Notes: a model not told the origin generated them from the sequence alone. 64,000 nt of DNA from Callorhinchus milii (GCF_018977255.1 NW_024704745.1:65348001-65412000), one strand, 5' to 3'; positions 21,774-34,529 are shown, numbered from the stretch's first letter. A program made the numbers and translations.

Positions 21774-24497
21774 GTAAGACTTTTTAATCAAAATCAGCAG
21801 CAGAATGGCACAATGCAATATTTTGCTACTGTTTGTGGATTCTATTGGGAAGGCAAATGCAATCATTGCATGTTGAGTGTTGAAAACCATGTACCTCCTA
21901 AAGTGAGCATCTATGTGGCAATGTCTACACTTGGAGGTCTGATTTCATTTTCTGGATGTTTCAGTACAGAATGCACATTTATGAAGTAGTTAAATTCTGA
22001 CTCTACATTCTAAATTTTAAATACGCTTCTGGATCATAATGTGTTGGAAAGAAGTACTTTCAAGAGTAAACTTAGCTGATTAGATTCCAGCAGTAATCCA
22101 ATGCATAATCTGGGGTCTCCAACCCTTTGCTTTTGCCAATCTGCACCTAATAATTTCCGGAATTAGGTAAACAGAATGCGTTCTTCCAGCGAGAGAGTGC
22201 GCATTCCATTTCAATAAATATCTTGAATTTCCATGTATAGGTGGGATGCTTGGATCCTCTTAAGACTGGTAATGGGTTTCTGCATGTGCCACACGCCCAA
22301 CTCATGGAATGTTCTACATCCCTCCTCTTGAATGCATCATTTTAAATATCAAACACTGAGGTTCATTTTTTAATTCCTTCCACTTGCTGCAGCCCAATAC
22401 ATTTTGGATCTTTCCCTTAACCTGGTACTCATCCAGTTTCTTCAGACAGTTTCTCCACATAGTATAATGCTTTCCTATTCTTGAATTTGTTTAGCTCTAG
22501 TTCCTAAGGTTGAATCTTGATAATTTGTTTTAATGGACACTCTCCAGTGAATAATTGAGGTTGGGAAATAACTGAGTCCTTAAATTTTGCTCACACATAT
22601 GGTACTGGAAGACTGGGTGTTAACGGGCTGTGAGCTGTGAATTTAGAGTTTTAATTTGTACACTTTTGCTGTAGTTATTTATAAATAGAAACTAATCAAA
22701 AGTCTTTGTTTTTCCTCAATTTTATAGCCACCAACCTCTTAACAGTTAGCATTTTTCTTAAAATTTTGTATCATCCTTATGTAGCTGCCAGAGACTGAGG
22801 CTAGCAATATGTTTTTTTTGTTTTCTATCTAGCCAGCAATGTGCCTTGGGGAAATTATGTTGGCTGAAAATCTAAGTTGTCAATTTCTACTTTCAAATAT
22901 CCAAGTGTATATAATTAAATATGAATTAATCTTCAATAAGCTTTGTGCTAGTTACAGAGAGGCAGTGTTCTCTGTCCATTGGTTAAAGGGAATAAGGTAA
23001 AATGATTAAAGTTAGTTGAAAACTGAAGTTTTTCCTTTCTAACACTCAAGAAATACAATTCATGTGACTTTCCAGTATTGTTGCTTCTTTCCTAAACAAT
23101 CAGTATTACTGATTTAAACGCACAGCAGTTTTACATATGTAGTTTCTCCCATTACTCTTAACTTGCTGAAATCACCATATATAGATAATGACATTGTTAA
23201 CTAGTTTCTTTAAGGTCTTTGAACTGGTTAGCTGGCATAAATGTTGAAAATGTAATCCTTTGCTAAGACGTATTCCCCAGGCAGAATTTGTGTAATATTT
23301 TCCCTTTGTAAACTGAAAACAAATTGGGAATGCCGTGGTATAAATAACTTAATGATCGATGCATTTATCAGCGCACGGAAGACTATCCTCAAGAATGCTC
23401 GATTGCAATTAGGGAGCTGTATTCTGGACAAGAATCACTTATCTCAATTAATTTATTTCTGTCATGATTTAATTGCAATTATACCAAATGCACAGATATA
23501 GGGAAAACCTCAATTATCAGGATAAAGGAGATCACTCCACGCCCCCACTGATCTCCCATCCCCCCACCTCCCCATGGATAATTGAAAGAGGCATAAAAAT
23601 ATTTCATTGGATGTTGATGTTGCTTGCTCCATTTCTGGATATTGTATTACTATCTGGTATTCTAAATGATTAATGAACCCTAAAGTAGCTGAATAAATGT
23701 GGAACAGGGAATCTGCTTTGCACCTGGTCCACGTTTATTAACACTTCTATTATAAATGCTGACCATGAAATCATGTGTTCCGATGGTCATAAATTTTGTC
23801 CTGTCAAGTTAAGCATTACCCATTCATTTTCATTCATAACCCAAGCCAATCAGGTAAAAGCATAGAACAATCTTGATGGTGTAGAAACAGAAGTTGACTT
23901 TTATTATCTAAAGCTAAGACAATGCAAAGTAATGGGTGGAGAGCCAATTTCAGCAAGGTTGGACTGATGTGCCAGGTGCTTCTCATTGCTTCTGGGTTGA
24001 CTTTGGAATGTGGATTGTAACCATTCTGGTTATAGGATTTGTTAAAGGTCATATATTTACCCTCAAGGATGTTTCAGTTATTTCCAAATCTAAGTTCACC
24101 AAGACCCAAAGGGGGAGCTAGAAAGAAAATGGGTCATTTTATTTGACAGCCCTCCCACCAAACCAACTAATATGGTCTTTGATGATATCTAAAACATTTA
24201 GTTTAAAAGTCTGCAGATAGCACACAGTAAATATGTCATGTTCTTCCTCCTTATAACAACAGGAACGCAATCATACAACACCCTTCATGTGAGGATGCTG
24301 TTAATCTAGTCATTATTGAAGTAATTGAAATCCCCAATGTTGTGGCCTTTTTATAGGTCTCCACAGAATCTTGTTTTGATTATTGATCCAAATGTGCTTA
24401 TTATTGAAGTACTTAATGCTTGTTAAGGATTAATGTGTCACTATAGCAATTTGAAAGTGAGAGAGGTTTTGTAAATGTTTTTGATCTTTTTAAACAG

Positions 24498-24585
24498 AAT
24501 AAATCCGGGAAAACTAACAAATGTGCAGCCAAAGTTACAATCTTTTCTAGCTGAGGAACAGGAGCTGAAGGAACGAGCTCAGCGG
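24498..24585 (+). CDS. DDX10: DDX10 exon (equiv. exon 11)
   Basis: aacAG|...|GTgagt. INPGKLTNVQPKLQSFLAEEQELKERAQR; 88 bp. Confidence 0.93.
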
Positions 24586-24885
24586 GTGAGTTTCAGATTC
24601 TAAAAAATTGTGATCCTGTCGAATAACTTTGTTAGATTTGATTATAGAAACTGAGAATTCCAACGGTTTACAATTCAGTTGCCTGCAGGTGCTAAACTTG
24701 GGTTATGTGTTGGGCATTTAGTGAAGAGAAGAAGGGAGAAAAGACGATGCATGCTGAAAGCCAGAAGGTGGTTATATCTGATCTGCACAATTAAAGAGTT
24801 CAATATATTTGGATTTGTTATGTTGTAATGAATATTAATATTTCTATTGAGCCAGTAGTTTTGTAGCAATATATGTTTTATTAGA

Positions 24886-25290
24886 CAACTTGTATTTATA
24901 TCGCCCTTCATGAGGGATAATGTCTTGGAGTGCTTCACAGACTGGGTTGGATGCTGAGTGGCATGAGGATAGGAGCAGTTGAAGAGGGTAGGATTTGAAG
25001 ACCATTAGAGAGGGGCAAGGTGAAACAGGGAGAGATTTCCAGAGCTTAGGAGCTGAAGGCTCGGCTATGGATGACGGCATGTAGGGGACAAGTTGCAAGT
25101 CTGATTTAGCCAAGCAGAAGAGTAGGGTAGGAGATCACAGACTTACTGAGGTATGAAGGGATTTATAGGTGAGGGTGAGAGCCTTAAAGTTGAGCCAGTG
25201 GAGCCTGGTGAAGACAGAGGTGATGGGCATTAGGGGTTTGGTGTGAGTAGAGTTGTGGCGGTAGAGCTTTGTATCAGCTAGTGTTTATGG
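24886..25290 (-). mobile_element. Old L2 3' fragment
   Basis: caacttgtatttatatcgccc tail; SAPKLWKSLP. Confidence 0.72.
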
Positions 25291-25425
25291 ATTTCAGTTT
25301 GTTGATCATTCATCCCTTCATGTCTGAGCCATTGCTAATATTTTCTGTTTTTCTGATTCTCCTTTTTTCTCCCCCAATTAATTCTACTTTCTAGCTCACT
25401 CCATATCTCTTAATGTTTTAGGATT

Positions 25426-25798
25426 ATCCCGACTCAGCTGGTTGTACTCTTCTTTCTGAATCAGAAAGTTGTGAGTTCAAGCCCGACACAGTATAGGGTG
25501 ACACTTCAATCCAGTGTTGAGGATGGGCTACATTGTTGGAGGTGCTGTCCGTCAGATAAGATGTTAAACCCAAAGTCCTGTCTGCCTGTCCAGTGCACCA
25601 AAGGTCCAATGGCACTGAAAAGAGAACCGAGTTTCTCCTGGTATCCCGGCCAACAAACCCCAAATAGAATTGTTCATTTACTTCATGACTATTTGGCTGT
25701 CACATTTGCCTATAGAATACAAAGTCACTGTACTTCACAGTAAATCCTATGAAGCACTTTGAGGCGTCCTGTGACATGAAATTTAAGGATTATTATTA
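25426..25798 (+). mobile_element. Old Deu SINE, near full length
   Basis: gactcagctggttgtactct...gaatcagaaagttgtgagttcaag...gataagatgttaaacc...aaggattattatta. Confidence 0.78.
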
Positions 25799-26199
25799 CG
25801 TTATAATATTTCTTTTCAGCTTGATAGACTATTCAAACTGTCCAGGTTATGTTATTATTGGAAGCCATTTTAACAGTGCTTTTGATCTGATTTTATTTTG
25901 AGAGTTTTGCCTATTTGGTGAGATTAATTTAAGGCTGGAGCTCCTCTGATGGCCTATTGCAGGGTGGTTCAACCAATTCCACCCCCTGCCCCCCCGTGTG
26001 GTGTTGGTCAGGACAGGATTGGCTGCGATGCTCTTGGTATTCTTGTTCTCCACTAACACTCACTATCAAGGCCAAATAATTAGGACATTCATTCAAGAAT
26101 GTGTCCAGAATGTATGGAAGCACTCCAGTTGGAGAAAAAAAAATGTACGCAAGTAATATTCGAGGTTAGAAATAATAATGTAAAAAAGTTGTGTTTTGT

Positions 26200-26345
26200 G
26201 CATAAACGTATTTAAAATTGTATATTTTTTTGTTTAAATTTACTGTTTTATTGCAGTATAGTATTTTGTGTTCTGTGTGCAGTCAGTCTGCCTATGACTG
26301 TGATTGTTTTGTATTTCTGAATATACTGAAAGAAAAAAATTCCTG
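26200..26345 (+). pseudogene. Decayed duplicate of DDX10 exon 12 with its acceptor (pseudo-exon)
   Basis: tttactgttttatt is identical to the exon 12 acceptor; 26262 onward reads YFVFCVQSVCL* versus CFVSYMRSVYLM. Confidence 0.7.
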
Positions 26346-26752
26346 TGGACTCTGTCTTATGTGATAGATTACCACAGGTTTAATTTTGTGTTTTTTTTCA
26401 ATATCATACTTATTTTACTTAACTGGAGTAGCTATACCAGCATTTATGGTTAGCAGCACTAGGAACTTAACAGCAGGAATTGGTACATATGTTGTGTGGA
26501 TTCAATTGAATGATTGATGAAGTTTTCGAAGGGTTTTGTTCTGAGAAGGTGAGATGGGGTCAGCTTGATGGGCTATCCTGCTATGTTTCTATCAGGGTAA
26601 CTGAATATTTCAGATCCAAGTAGAAAATTTGTAGGAATAAATACTAAGGAGTTCAGACATAGCAAATAAGTAATAACAAGCAACAAATGTAATGTGTATA
26701 TAATTCAGAAATACAATGTTGCTGATTTATTAAGTGGTTAACAAAGAAACAA

Positions 26753-27099
26753 TCGGCTCTTTGTTTTTTAATTAAATAAACTAACATTGATATTGTTTAA
26801 AATATGCAAACTTTTTTTATTAAAGTTTACTGTTTTATTTTACAGTGTTTTGTATCCTACATGCGGTCCGTCTACCTCATGAAGAACAAAGATGTTTTTA
26901 ATGTATTTGCATTACCATTAAAGGAATATGCTCTGTAAGTAGGTCAATTTTGCTTCAGCACCTTGGAGTATCCTCATGGCGTGAAAGATACTATATAAAT
27001 AGTATTTATTTAGTCCTGTAGAAGCACTCGGCTCTTTGTTTTTGAATTAAATAAACTAACGTTGATATTGTTTAAAATATGCAAACATTTTTTATTAAA
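26753..27099 (+). repeat. 72-bp direct repeat flanking exon 12 (26753-26824 and 27028-27099)
   Basis: tcggctctttgttttt(t/g)aattaaataaactaac(a/g)ttgatattgtttaaaatatgcaaac(t/a)ttttttattaaa; 3 mismatches. Confidence 0.95.
26846..26934 (+). CDS. DDX10: DDX10 exon (equiv. exon 12), C-terminal extension domain
   Basis: tacAG|...|GTaagt. CFVSYMRSVYLMKNKDVFNVFALPLKEYA(L); 89 bp; ACTAAC branch-point-like motif upstream. Confidence 0.94.
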
Positions 27100-27115
27100 A
27101 TTATTATTTATTCAT

Positions 27116-27380
27116 GGAGTCCTGTAGCTCAGTGGATTCGATTCCCGGCAGGGTGAAACCTTGGGCAAGTTTCCTTACTTCACATGACTGATAATAATCC
27201 CTCAAAAAAAAAAATTGGTCATTTCAATCCACGACTGTTTGTGGGACACTGCTGTGCGCAATTGGCTGCCGCATTTTGCTCAAAAATATACAGTCAATTC
27301 ACTTTACAGTCTATTCTGTGAAGCGCTTTGAGACATTTAGAAGACGGGAAAAGCGCTATACCAAATGCAAGGATTATTAT
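27116..27380 (+). mobile_element. Young SINE (short variant, deletion in head)
   Basis: ggagtcctgtagctcagtgg...aaatgcaaggattattat. Confidence 0.9.
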
Positions 27381-28164
27381 AAATGCAAGTTATTGATGTT
27401 TAATCTTCCACGGTAGGCAAGGATACCAATGTGGTAACAGTATAGTTCTGTCACAGCTGTGGAGCAAACAGCAGCTATATTTGTCATCAAAGCTGGGTGT
27501 TTTTACAAGTGCTTTCCCTTTGCACCACTCAGGATACTTTCTATGGATATTTAGAGACCTGCTGTCACAGGAATATTTATCTTCCTTCACTTCCTTTTCT
27601 GACTCTTAAATTACCTTTTCTGATTTGGGTAGTGACTGGGTGAAATATTAGCCATAGTATACCTGCATGAGTTTTTGAGCAGTAAGACTGAGAATCAAGA
27701 TTAACAGAGGATAAAATTACTGATCGTTGAAAGCTTGGTATTTTGACCAGATTGTTATCCCGGACAATATATTCTCCTTTCCATTGAGAAGAATGGATCT
27801 TCTTCCTCATAAATTAAAGGTGTTTGGGATTCTAACCCCAACCAACTTTTGCTTACTGTGTTGTTGAAACCCCATCTACAGTGTAAGGTATCCCCAATGG
27901 GACACATTTATTTTAACTGAAAGTCCATTCATAAATAAGATAATAATTTAAGGAAGTATTTTGTATTAGTGCACATTTACTTTTTATGTTTTTTTTAAAA
28001 ATGCACCAGGTCTGTTTGTATAGTTTGGAGTCCATCCTGGAAGTGATAAGTTAATGAATAACACAAGTCCTAATTTAAGTATGCAGATTAGATCAGGTAT
28101 GTCACAACGTCTTGTAATTTATTTCAATTAAAGTTACTAAAATTGGAAATATTTTTGTCTCCAG

Positions 28165-28579
28165 TTCCTTGGGTCTTGCTGTACTTCCACGAATCCGATT
28201 CCTTCAGAAAGCACAGCAAGAAAAAGAAATGGCTCCTTCAGCACAAATCAAGCCATCTGCTACTAAAGATACTGAGGTTGAAAGTTCTGAGGAAGATGTT
28301 CATGAATTAGAAAGCTTCAAATGCCAGTTAAGGGACTACGGATCCTCTTCTCAAATAAAGGCTGGCAGTAAAGCTGCCAAAAAAGGCATTCAAGATAATC
28401 ATGAAAATTCTACAGATGAAGATGGAGATTCGAATGACTGTGAAGAGACTGTGGAGAAGAATGAAGTTGCATTTTCGGGACAGTTTTTTGATGATGATGA
28501 TGATGATGATGATGACAAGGGAGATCTGCTCACTGTGAAGCGACGGAATGTTTTCGCCCTTGAAAGTGATTGCAAAGTG
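28165..28579 (+). CDS. DDX10: DDX10 exon (equiv. exon 13): acidic low-complexity region
   Basis: ccAG|...|GTaagt. SLGLAVLPRIRFLQKAQ...DDDDDDDDDKGDLLTVKRRNVFALESDCKV; 415 bp, ends in phase 0. Confidence 0.92.
28490..28516 (+). repeat. Coding (GAT)8GAC microsatellite encoding Asp9
   Basis: gatgatgatgatgatgatgatgatgac inside exon 13. Confidence 0.95.
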
Positions 28580-29986
28580 GTAAGTTGTACAGTAATCGAC
28601 CATTTATCCCGAGGGTAAGGAACATACATAGGAACTATATACAATACTGTTCTATTCAAATTTCACACTCCTTTTTTGGGGATAAAATAAATGCTACTAT
28701 GTTGACTGCAACATTGAGATGAAAGAAAAGAATAACTGAGTCAGACACAGAGAGAGAATTAAAAACAATTGCAGCAACTGCTTTCTGTATTCACTCTGAA
28801 TCTTAAGCACTCCGGGGTCCTACCCCGTGTGAAGCGTGCTATATATCTGCATGTTGTTGTTCAATTTTTTCCAGACAGGAACTTCTGAATGAAATTGCAC
28901 ACTGTAATTTGCTTTTAATTAGTCATCCATGCCATTGCCAATCCCATACTTGACAACATTAGAAAGATGTGATATCTATCTGCCTTACTTTAAACTGGAG
29001 TTTTAGGGGCATTTTTGTAAATCTAGTCAGAGCACCAAAATTGCAAGCCATCTTGGTAATCATACATCATCTTGACAATTGAGCACATGTCCGAGGGAAG
29101 AGTGAGAGTGAATGAGACATAGTATGCCAGGTGAAAGAGTGACTGAGTAAGAAGACTCATGAATGTGACTGTGTGATGGTGTGTGTGTGAGATAAAAGGC
29201 AGAACAGAGAAAGTGTTGCACACAAGGAAGTCACAAGGAATAGACAGATGTACATTGTGTGTGAAAAAGAGAAATGAGTGAGAACAGAATAGATGGTAAA
29301 GAACAAGTAAGTGTAAGAGACAATATCCAAGTGGAAGAGGAAACAAAAGATTCACAGAGAAACACTGACAAGAGATCGACTCTAAGTGCCACTACAAACC
29401 CACAGGAGATGGGATAGGCATAAAGAGGGGCAAGAGATGAAAAGTGAGGGTGAGAAAAGTATAAGGAGACATGGTGTGAAGTCATGGGACAGTGACTTGT
29501 TTACAAACACAGAGTGCCAATAGCTTGCTTCGATATACTTTGATTAGGTTTTAATTTGTGTGTAAAACCTTCCATTGCCTGTACTGGGTCAAGCCACTTC
29601 ATTCATTGAAGATCTGCAATCTGCAGGAGTGCAACAGTGTCCATGTGAATGCCAACAAGCAGCAAAGTATAAGCAATAATGAGACTTTTGAATAAATAGT
29701 TTGACTTGCAGCATAATGGTTGCGATTTAATGATTTAATATTTAGCATAGCTACTTTTGATCATTTGACATTTGCTGCCTTAGTGGAAACAGACTGGTTG
29801 GTATCTGATTAATTATGCGTGATGAGCTTTGACCTGTTGCTGAACACAAATGTTTTCAATTTATCTCCTTTCTGTACTTGCTTGTTTGGTTAAGATGATT
29901 GTTTCTGCAGTGTTTTGAGCAATATCTGAAATTGTATTAGAGCTATTGTTTGTTTGCAAATTTTGAGAATTGTGTGGCATGTGCAT

Positions 29987-30261
29987 TAATAATAATAATA
30001 ATCCTTGCATTTTGATATAGCATTTTTCACTTTTTTTAGACATCTCAAAGCGTTTCACAAAAAATACTGTAAAGTGAATTGACTGTATACTTGTGGGCAA
30101 AATGCGGCAGCCAATTGCGCACAGCAGTGTCCCACAAACAGTCATGGATTGAAGTGACCAATTTATTAGTGTTTTTTTTTGAGGGATTATTATTAGGCAT
30201 GTGGAGTCAGGAAATTTGCCCAAGGTTTTGCCCTGCCGGGAATTGAACCCAGGTCTCTCGT
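29987..30261 (-). mobile_element. Young SINE (short variant), head clipped
   Basis: taataataataatccttgc...gaacccaggtctctcg. Confidence 0.9.
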
Positions 30262-31025
30262 TTGAGAGACATTAGTTTGGGGCCTGCCCTTTTGAAATGA
30301 TTAATGCGTGCAAACACAGAACAGTATCGTGTACGAATGGGGCAAGTCGATCCAGTATGATTGGAAATGTAGAGACTAAAGCTAGACTGTTAGCCAAGTA
30401 TGAACTGCCTTTTTGCAGCAAGGGCTTAAAAAGATAACATACTAATATTAATTTAGATTTTGCCATTAAATGTGGCTGGTCTGTTCAGTGTAGCTCAACC
30501 CACCATCTACATAATTCACTGAAAACCGCTATCAAAATATTAGAAATTGGTATAATGGCTCCATGGTATAATGGAAAGGTAGCAGTGTGGATCGAAGATT
30601 GGTTAAAGGTTGGAAATGGGGTGGGAGTACAGGGTTGTTATTAGGATTGCAGAGTTTTAAATAGTTGTGCCCACTCAGACCACTATTTTTCTCCGTTTAT
30701 ATGAATTCAATGGAAGCCGATTAAGCCAGACACATCGAGGGACGGACCAAGAGATATGCAATTTGCATCCAAAAAAGGTTGCTCATTGAGTCTCCATGTG
30801 GCTGAGTTAGCTGTAAGGTAACCTGTTTTGCAACAGAAGTTCAGAATCAACTTGTCCCCAGGACTCCAAGGCATTCTTGTTTGTAGATTAATCAGTCCAG
30901 TGATGGTAGTAGGTATTCGTTATACCATGTAAACCAAAGTCCTAACAGATAGAGTGGTCCTGGTGGGAGGCTTGTCAGACAGTGCTCATCATGATAAGCC
31001 TGTTTAATGTGGTTTTACTGTAGGA

Positions 31026-31197
31026 TTGGTCACTCAGTCCATAACTGTTTGTGGGACACCGTTGTGCGCAATTGGCTGCCGCGTTTCTCTCACAAAATAT
31101 ATAGTCAATTCACTTTACAGTATATTCTGTGAAGCAGTTGAGGCATCTCGAAGACGTGATAAGGCGCTATATCAAATGCAAGGATTATTATTATTAT
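31026..31197 (+). mobile_element. Young SINE 3' half
   Basis: ttggtcactcagtcc...aaatgcaaggattattattattat. Confidence 0.9.
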
Positions 31198-31291
31198 GGA
31201 TTTGTTTATTAGGTATTTTCACTGGATCTTGTTCGTTGTGCTCTCATGTACAGTTTGTGTTTTGGGGCTAAAATGGTCGATTAATGGATCC

Positions 31292-31357
31292 TCAGGTCAC
31301 TGCCAGTGTTGTTTCCTGCTTGTGGAACAAGCAGGAAGTGACGTTTCAGTGACCTGA
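31292..31357 (+). other. 66-nt hairpin (candidate structured RNA or palindromic element)
   Basis: Two perfect 11-bp stems (tcaggtcactg/cagtgacctga; ttcctgcttgt/acaagcaggaa) joined by a G-U-rich stem. Confidence 0.6.
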
Positions 31358-31487
31358 TGCCTGAAGTCGGACTTTTTTTTCTTTTTGAAGGAACTGCCTG
31401 GTTGCATGCAGGTCAGTCAAACCCACTTATAATGTGGGTTGGGATTTTATAGATGACAAACACAGTGTAATATTGAGGCTGCAATGT

Positions 31488-31735
31488 ACATAGGTTTAGC
31501 TGGTTAAACTCTAGGAGCACCTCGAAGCACATTCTTGGGTCCCTTATAAGCATTGGCTCTTGGCAACCTGGGGTCTAATACTCTCTGAAATTAGGCAAGC
31601 AGAGCGCGTCTCTCCAGGGAGAGTATGGATTCCATTCCAGACACACAGACATAAACGTGTGGAACTCTGTCTGGCTTTAATAGTCTTAAGCGTGGCTCTG
31701 AGATTGCATGTGTATTAGACACCCGCTGACTAAAA
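31488..31735 (+). repeat. Unclassified interspersed repeat, copy 2
   Basis: tttagctggttaaactc...cacattcttggg...ttggctcttg shared with 34736 onward and (reverse complement) 61140-61310. Confidence 0.8.
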
Positions 31736-34529
31736 ATAAATTCTTGAATTTTTTGTACAGGTATCAGTTTATTTACATCTTTAACTTCTATTTCTCTTTG
31801 AAACCCAGTGTAATTTAAAAAGTCTCCATTGTCAGCAGAACGAATGGGAAATAGATATTCTATGGTAGAAAATCTAATATTCCACAGAATTCTCTGTGGG
31901 AATACCAATGGAAGGAGGAAGAGAGGGAATGGGGCCAATATTTACCGTTGCAGAAATTTCTACTCTCCCATCACCAGTGCTACTATGTGATGTAGGTTTG
32001 CAGCGCATTGCCTGACTGACTCCATTTTTCACGGTTGCCCTGTTGTGAACCGTGTAAAATGAACAGCTCAGTTTCCTATCTAGCTGGAATTGGAGGAAAC
32101 TATTACATAGAGAAGTAGGCACATGTGTAAATGGTTATTTTCTGTACATAAAACCTCTCCATGCACAATACATTATTTTTTTCCTCCTGCCTTTGCAATT
32201 GCAAAGTATTGCTTGTTGCAATGAAAGCATTTCAAATTACAAATCCTAATGCCTCAGTATTTATGATCGTATGAGAATTAGTGATCCTATGGATACCTAT
32301 TGTAAATGTAAAAAATGCCACATTCTTGATTTTATTATTTGCTTTCAGTTGCACCAGTGTCTGTTGTAGATGCCTCATAACTGATGGACTTTTGCATTTG
32401 CTATTTAAAGGAATCTTTGATTATCTGAAGGTATACATGAGGGGCACTTATTCCCTCTCACTGATAGAGCATATGTTGTTCCAGAGAGAATATATTTTCG
32501 TAGTATCTCAGGAGTATTAGACTAAATCAGGTGAGCATAATGGTTATACTGTATTTAGGTTGGCACTTATAACTTAAGAGTAATTCGGCAATATTATACC
32601 TAATCATATGCAGCAGTTGTATGATTCTTGTATTGCATAACAGTGATATCTGTTTGGTTCCTAAAATGGAGACCATTTTAAAAGACAGATATTTTGGATT
32701 ATTTTTGCAATTTAGCTTCTATTCTTCAATTTTGTTTTTCGTCCTGTATTATTTTTCAAAATACCAAGTATGTTGTTAAATAATGTGCACTAGACAGGCT
32801 AGCTTTTGTGAGGAATTGAAAGTGAAGTTATTCAAAAATGCTCAACTGAAATAGAGAGTTTGCTATGTGAAGAATGGGGGGCAACTATAGCCCCTTTTTC
32901 TGTGGCATTGTGCATTTATTACAGTTCATCACACTGATGTCTTGTTTTACAGCCAAAGAAAGGTGGTAATCCATTCTTCACTAGGTCCGCAATTATTGAA
33001 TAAAAATTGTTAGTTTCCTGTCCTGTTCTCATGTTGGTCATTAGTGTATAAAATATGCTGAATTGAAAGACCTTCTTCTTGTGGGCAAATTCATTTAGGA
33101 GCTTGAAAGAAGAGAGGAATACAAGTGAGCTTCTTATGAGTCCAAATGAATTTCGTAACTAAATTTTAATATGTCTTTACTTTATAGAGCTATAAATTCA
33201 CTCTTGTTTGATTTATTTGCACCAGTTTGAATCAACAATGAACTTTCTTAGCATTAGGATGTCCATTTTGAAACAGAGTGATGTGCAAGTAGGTTGCGCG
33301 AAGGTTTTTTTTTGTACTCAGTATTTTCTTATAATTATTTTGGTTCAGTTGTGATAAAATGTGATCAAATTTCTAAATCTTTTTACTGCGATTCTAGCAA
33401 ATGATAAACCAGTGTTGTCATTTAACCTTTCTTCCAGCATAAATTTAGTGTTGTATTTAGCGTTGACTATAATGGATCTGATCAGCATCTACAAATGGTT
33501 TGTTTTCACACCCTAATCTTCTGTTGATTTAAGTTTGAGGGCCTCCTAACTAGTAATTTCAGACCAGTGGAATGAATAGAATGGTAGAATATATTCATGC
33601 CAAAATTCAGTCTACAATAATATGTCATTGAAACATTTCTATTGCATGGAATGCATGGTACTATATGTTTTCCTCTAGATTTAAAAAAGGGTTAAAAACC
33701 ATAAGTGTTTACATCCAAATGTGTGTTCTTTCAGTTTTACACTTCAAATGTTAAACATTGATGAAGGATTGTATGGTCTACTTGTAAATGGATAGTTTCA
33801 CTAATACATTTTGAGAGTCTGAAATTATGTGAGATTTGATGCTGAAATGTTCTGGTCACTTAACTTTTGTCCATTGTTATTTATTTCCTTCTCTTTTTTC
33901 CTTCTGGTGCTAAGTTTCCTGAGCTGCTGCAGGTATCCTGCCAGTGTGGTCATTATTTATCTGTGCCGGGCATTTAATGGCAGGGTGCATTTATGCATTA
34001 ATTTTCCAGTGGGAGTTGTTGGATGATGTTCAGGAATGGAATCCTGCTGAATTGTAGTGTTAGCAAAGCTGCAAATAGTGCTCATCTGAAATGCTATCAT
34101 CCCATTGGTTCTTAAGTGATTCTGCAATTATTTTCCAAGTTCCCTAATTTCATTGTGTTCCAGGTTCATGCTCTGGAACTTCAACTATGTCCAGAAAATC
34201 TCCAGTACTAGTTTAGTTCAATTTAAGGACATTGCTTCTGGCATTGAAGGCAAACATTATTTATGACCTGACCGGGCAAACAAAATTATAACATAGGTAG
34301 ATAGGAAAACAGGAAAAGGAGGCCACCCAGCTGTGAACAGAAGAATGATGGTAATGATTTCATGCTGAGTTGTGCTGCTCATCAGGAAGCTCACAGGAAG
34401 TTCCTATCCACCCAGTGAGGACTCAAACCTGCTTTTATCATATGTCAGATGTCCAACTATGAGTATCCTAGGGATGGGGTGGTAAGTAAGGTCTCTTTGG
34501 GGGTAAGTTGACTTGGAATCACAATCGTT

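Noticed and set aside
32191-32206. 16-bp perfect palindrome ctttgcaattgcaaag
   Set aside because: About expected by chance in 64 kb of AT-rich DNA; no supporting context
32945-33003. Acceptor-like ttgttttacAG followed by PKKGG as possible DDX10 exon 14
   Set aside because: In-frame stop within ~17 codons and no similarity to the expected Lys-rich exon
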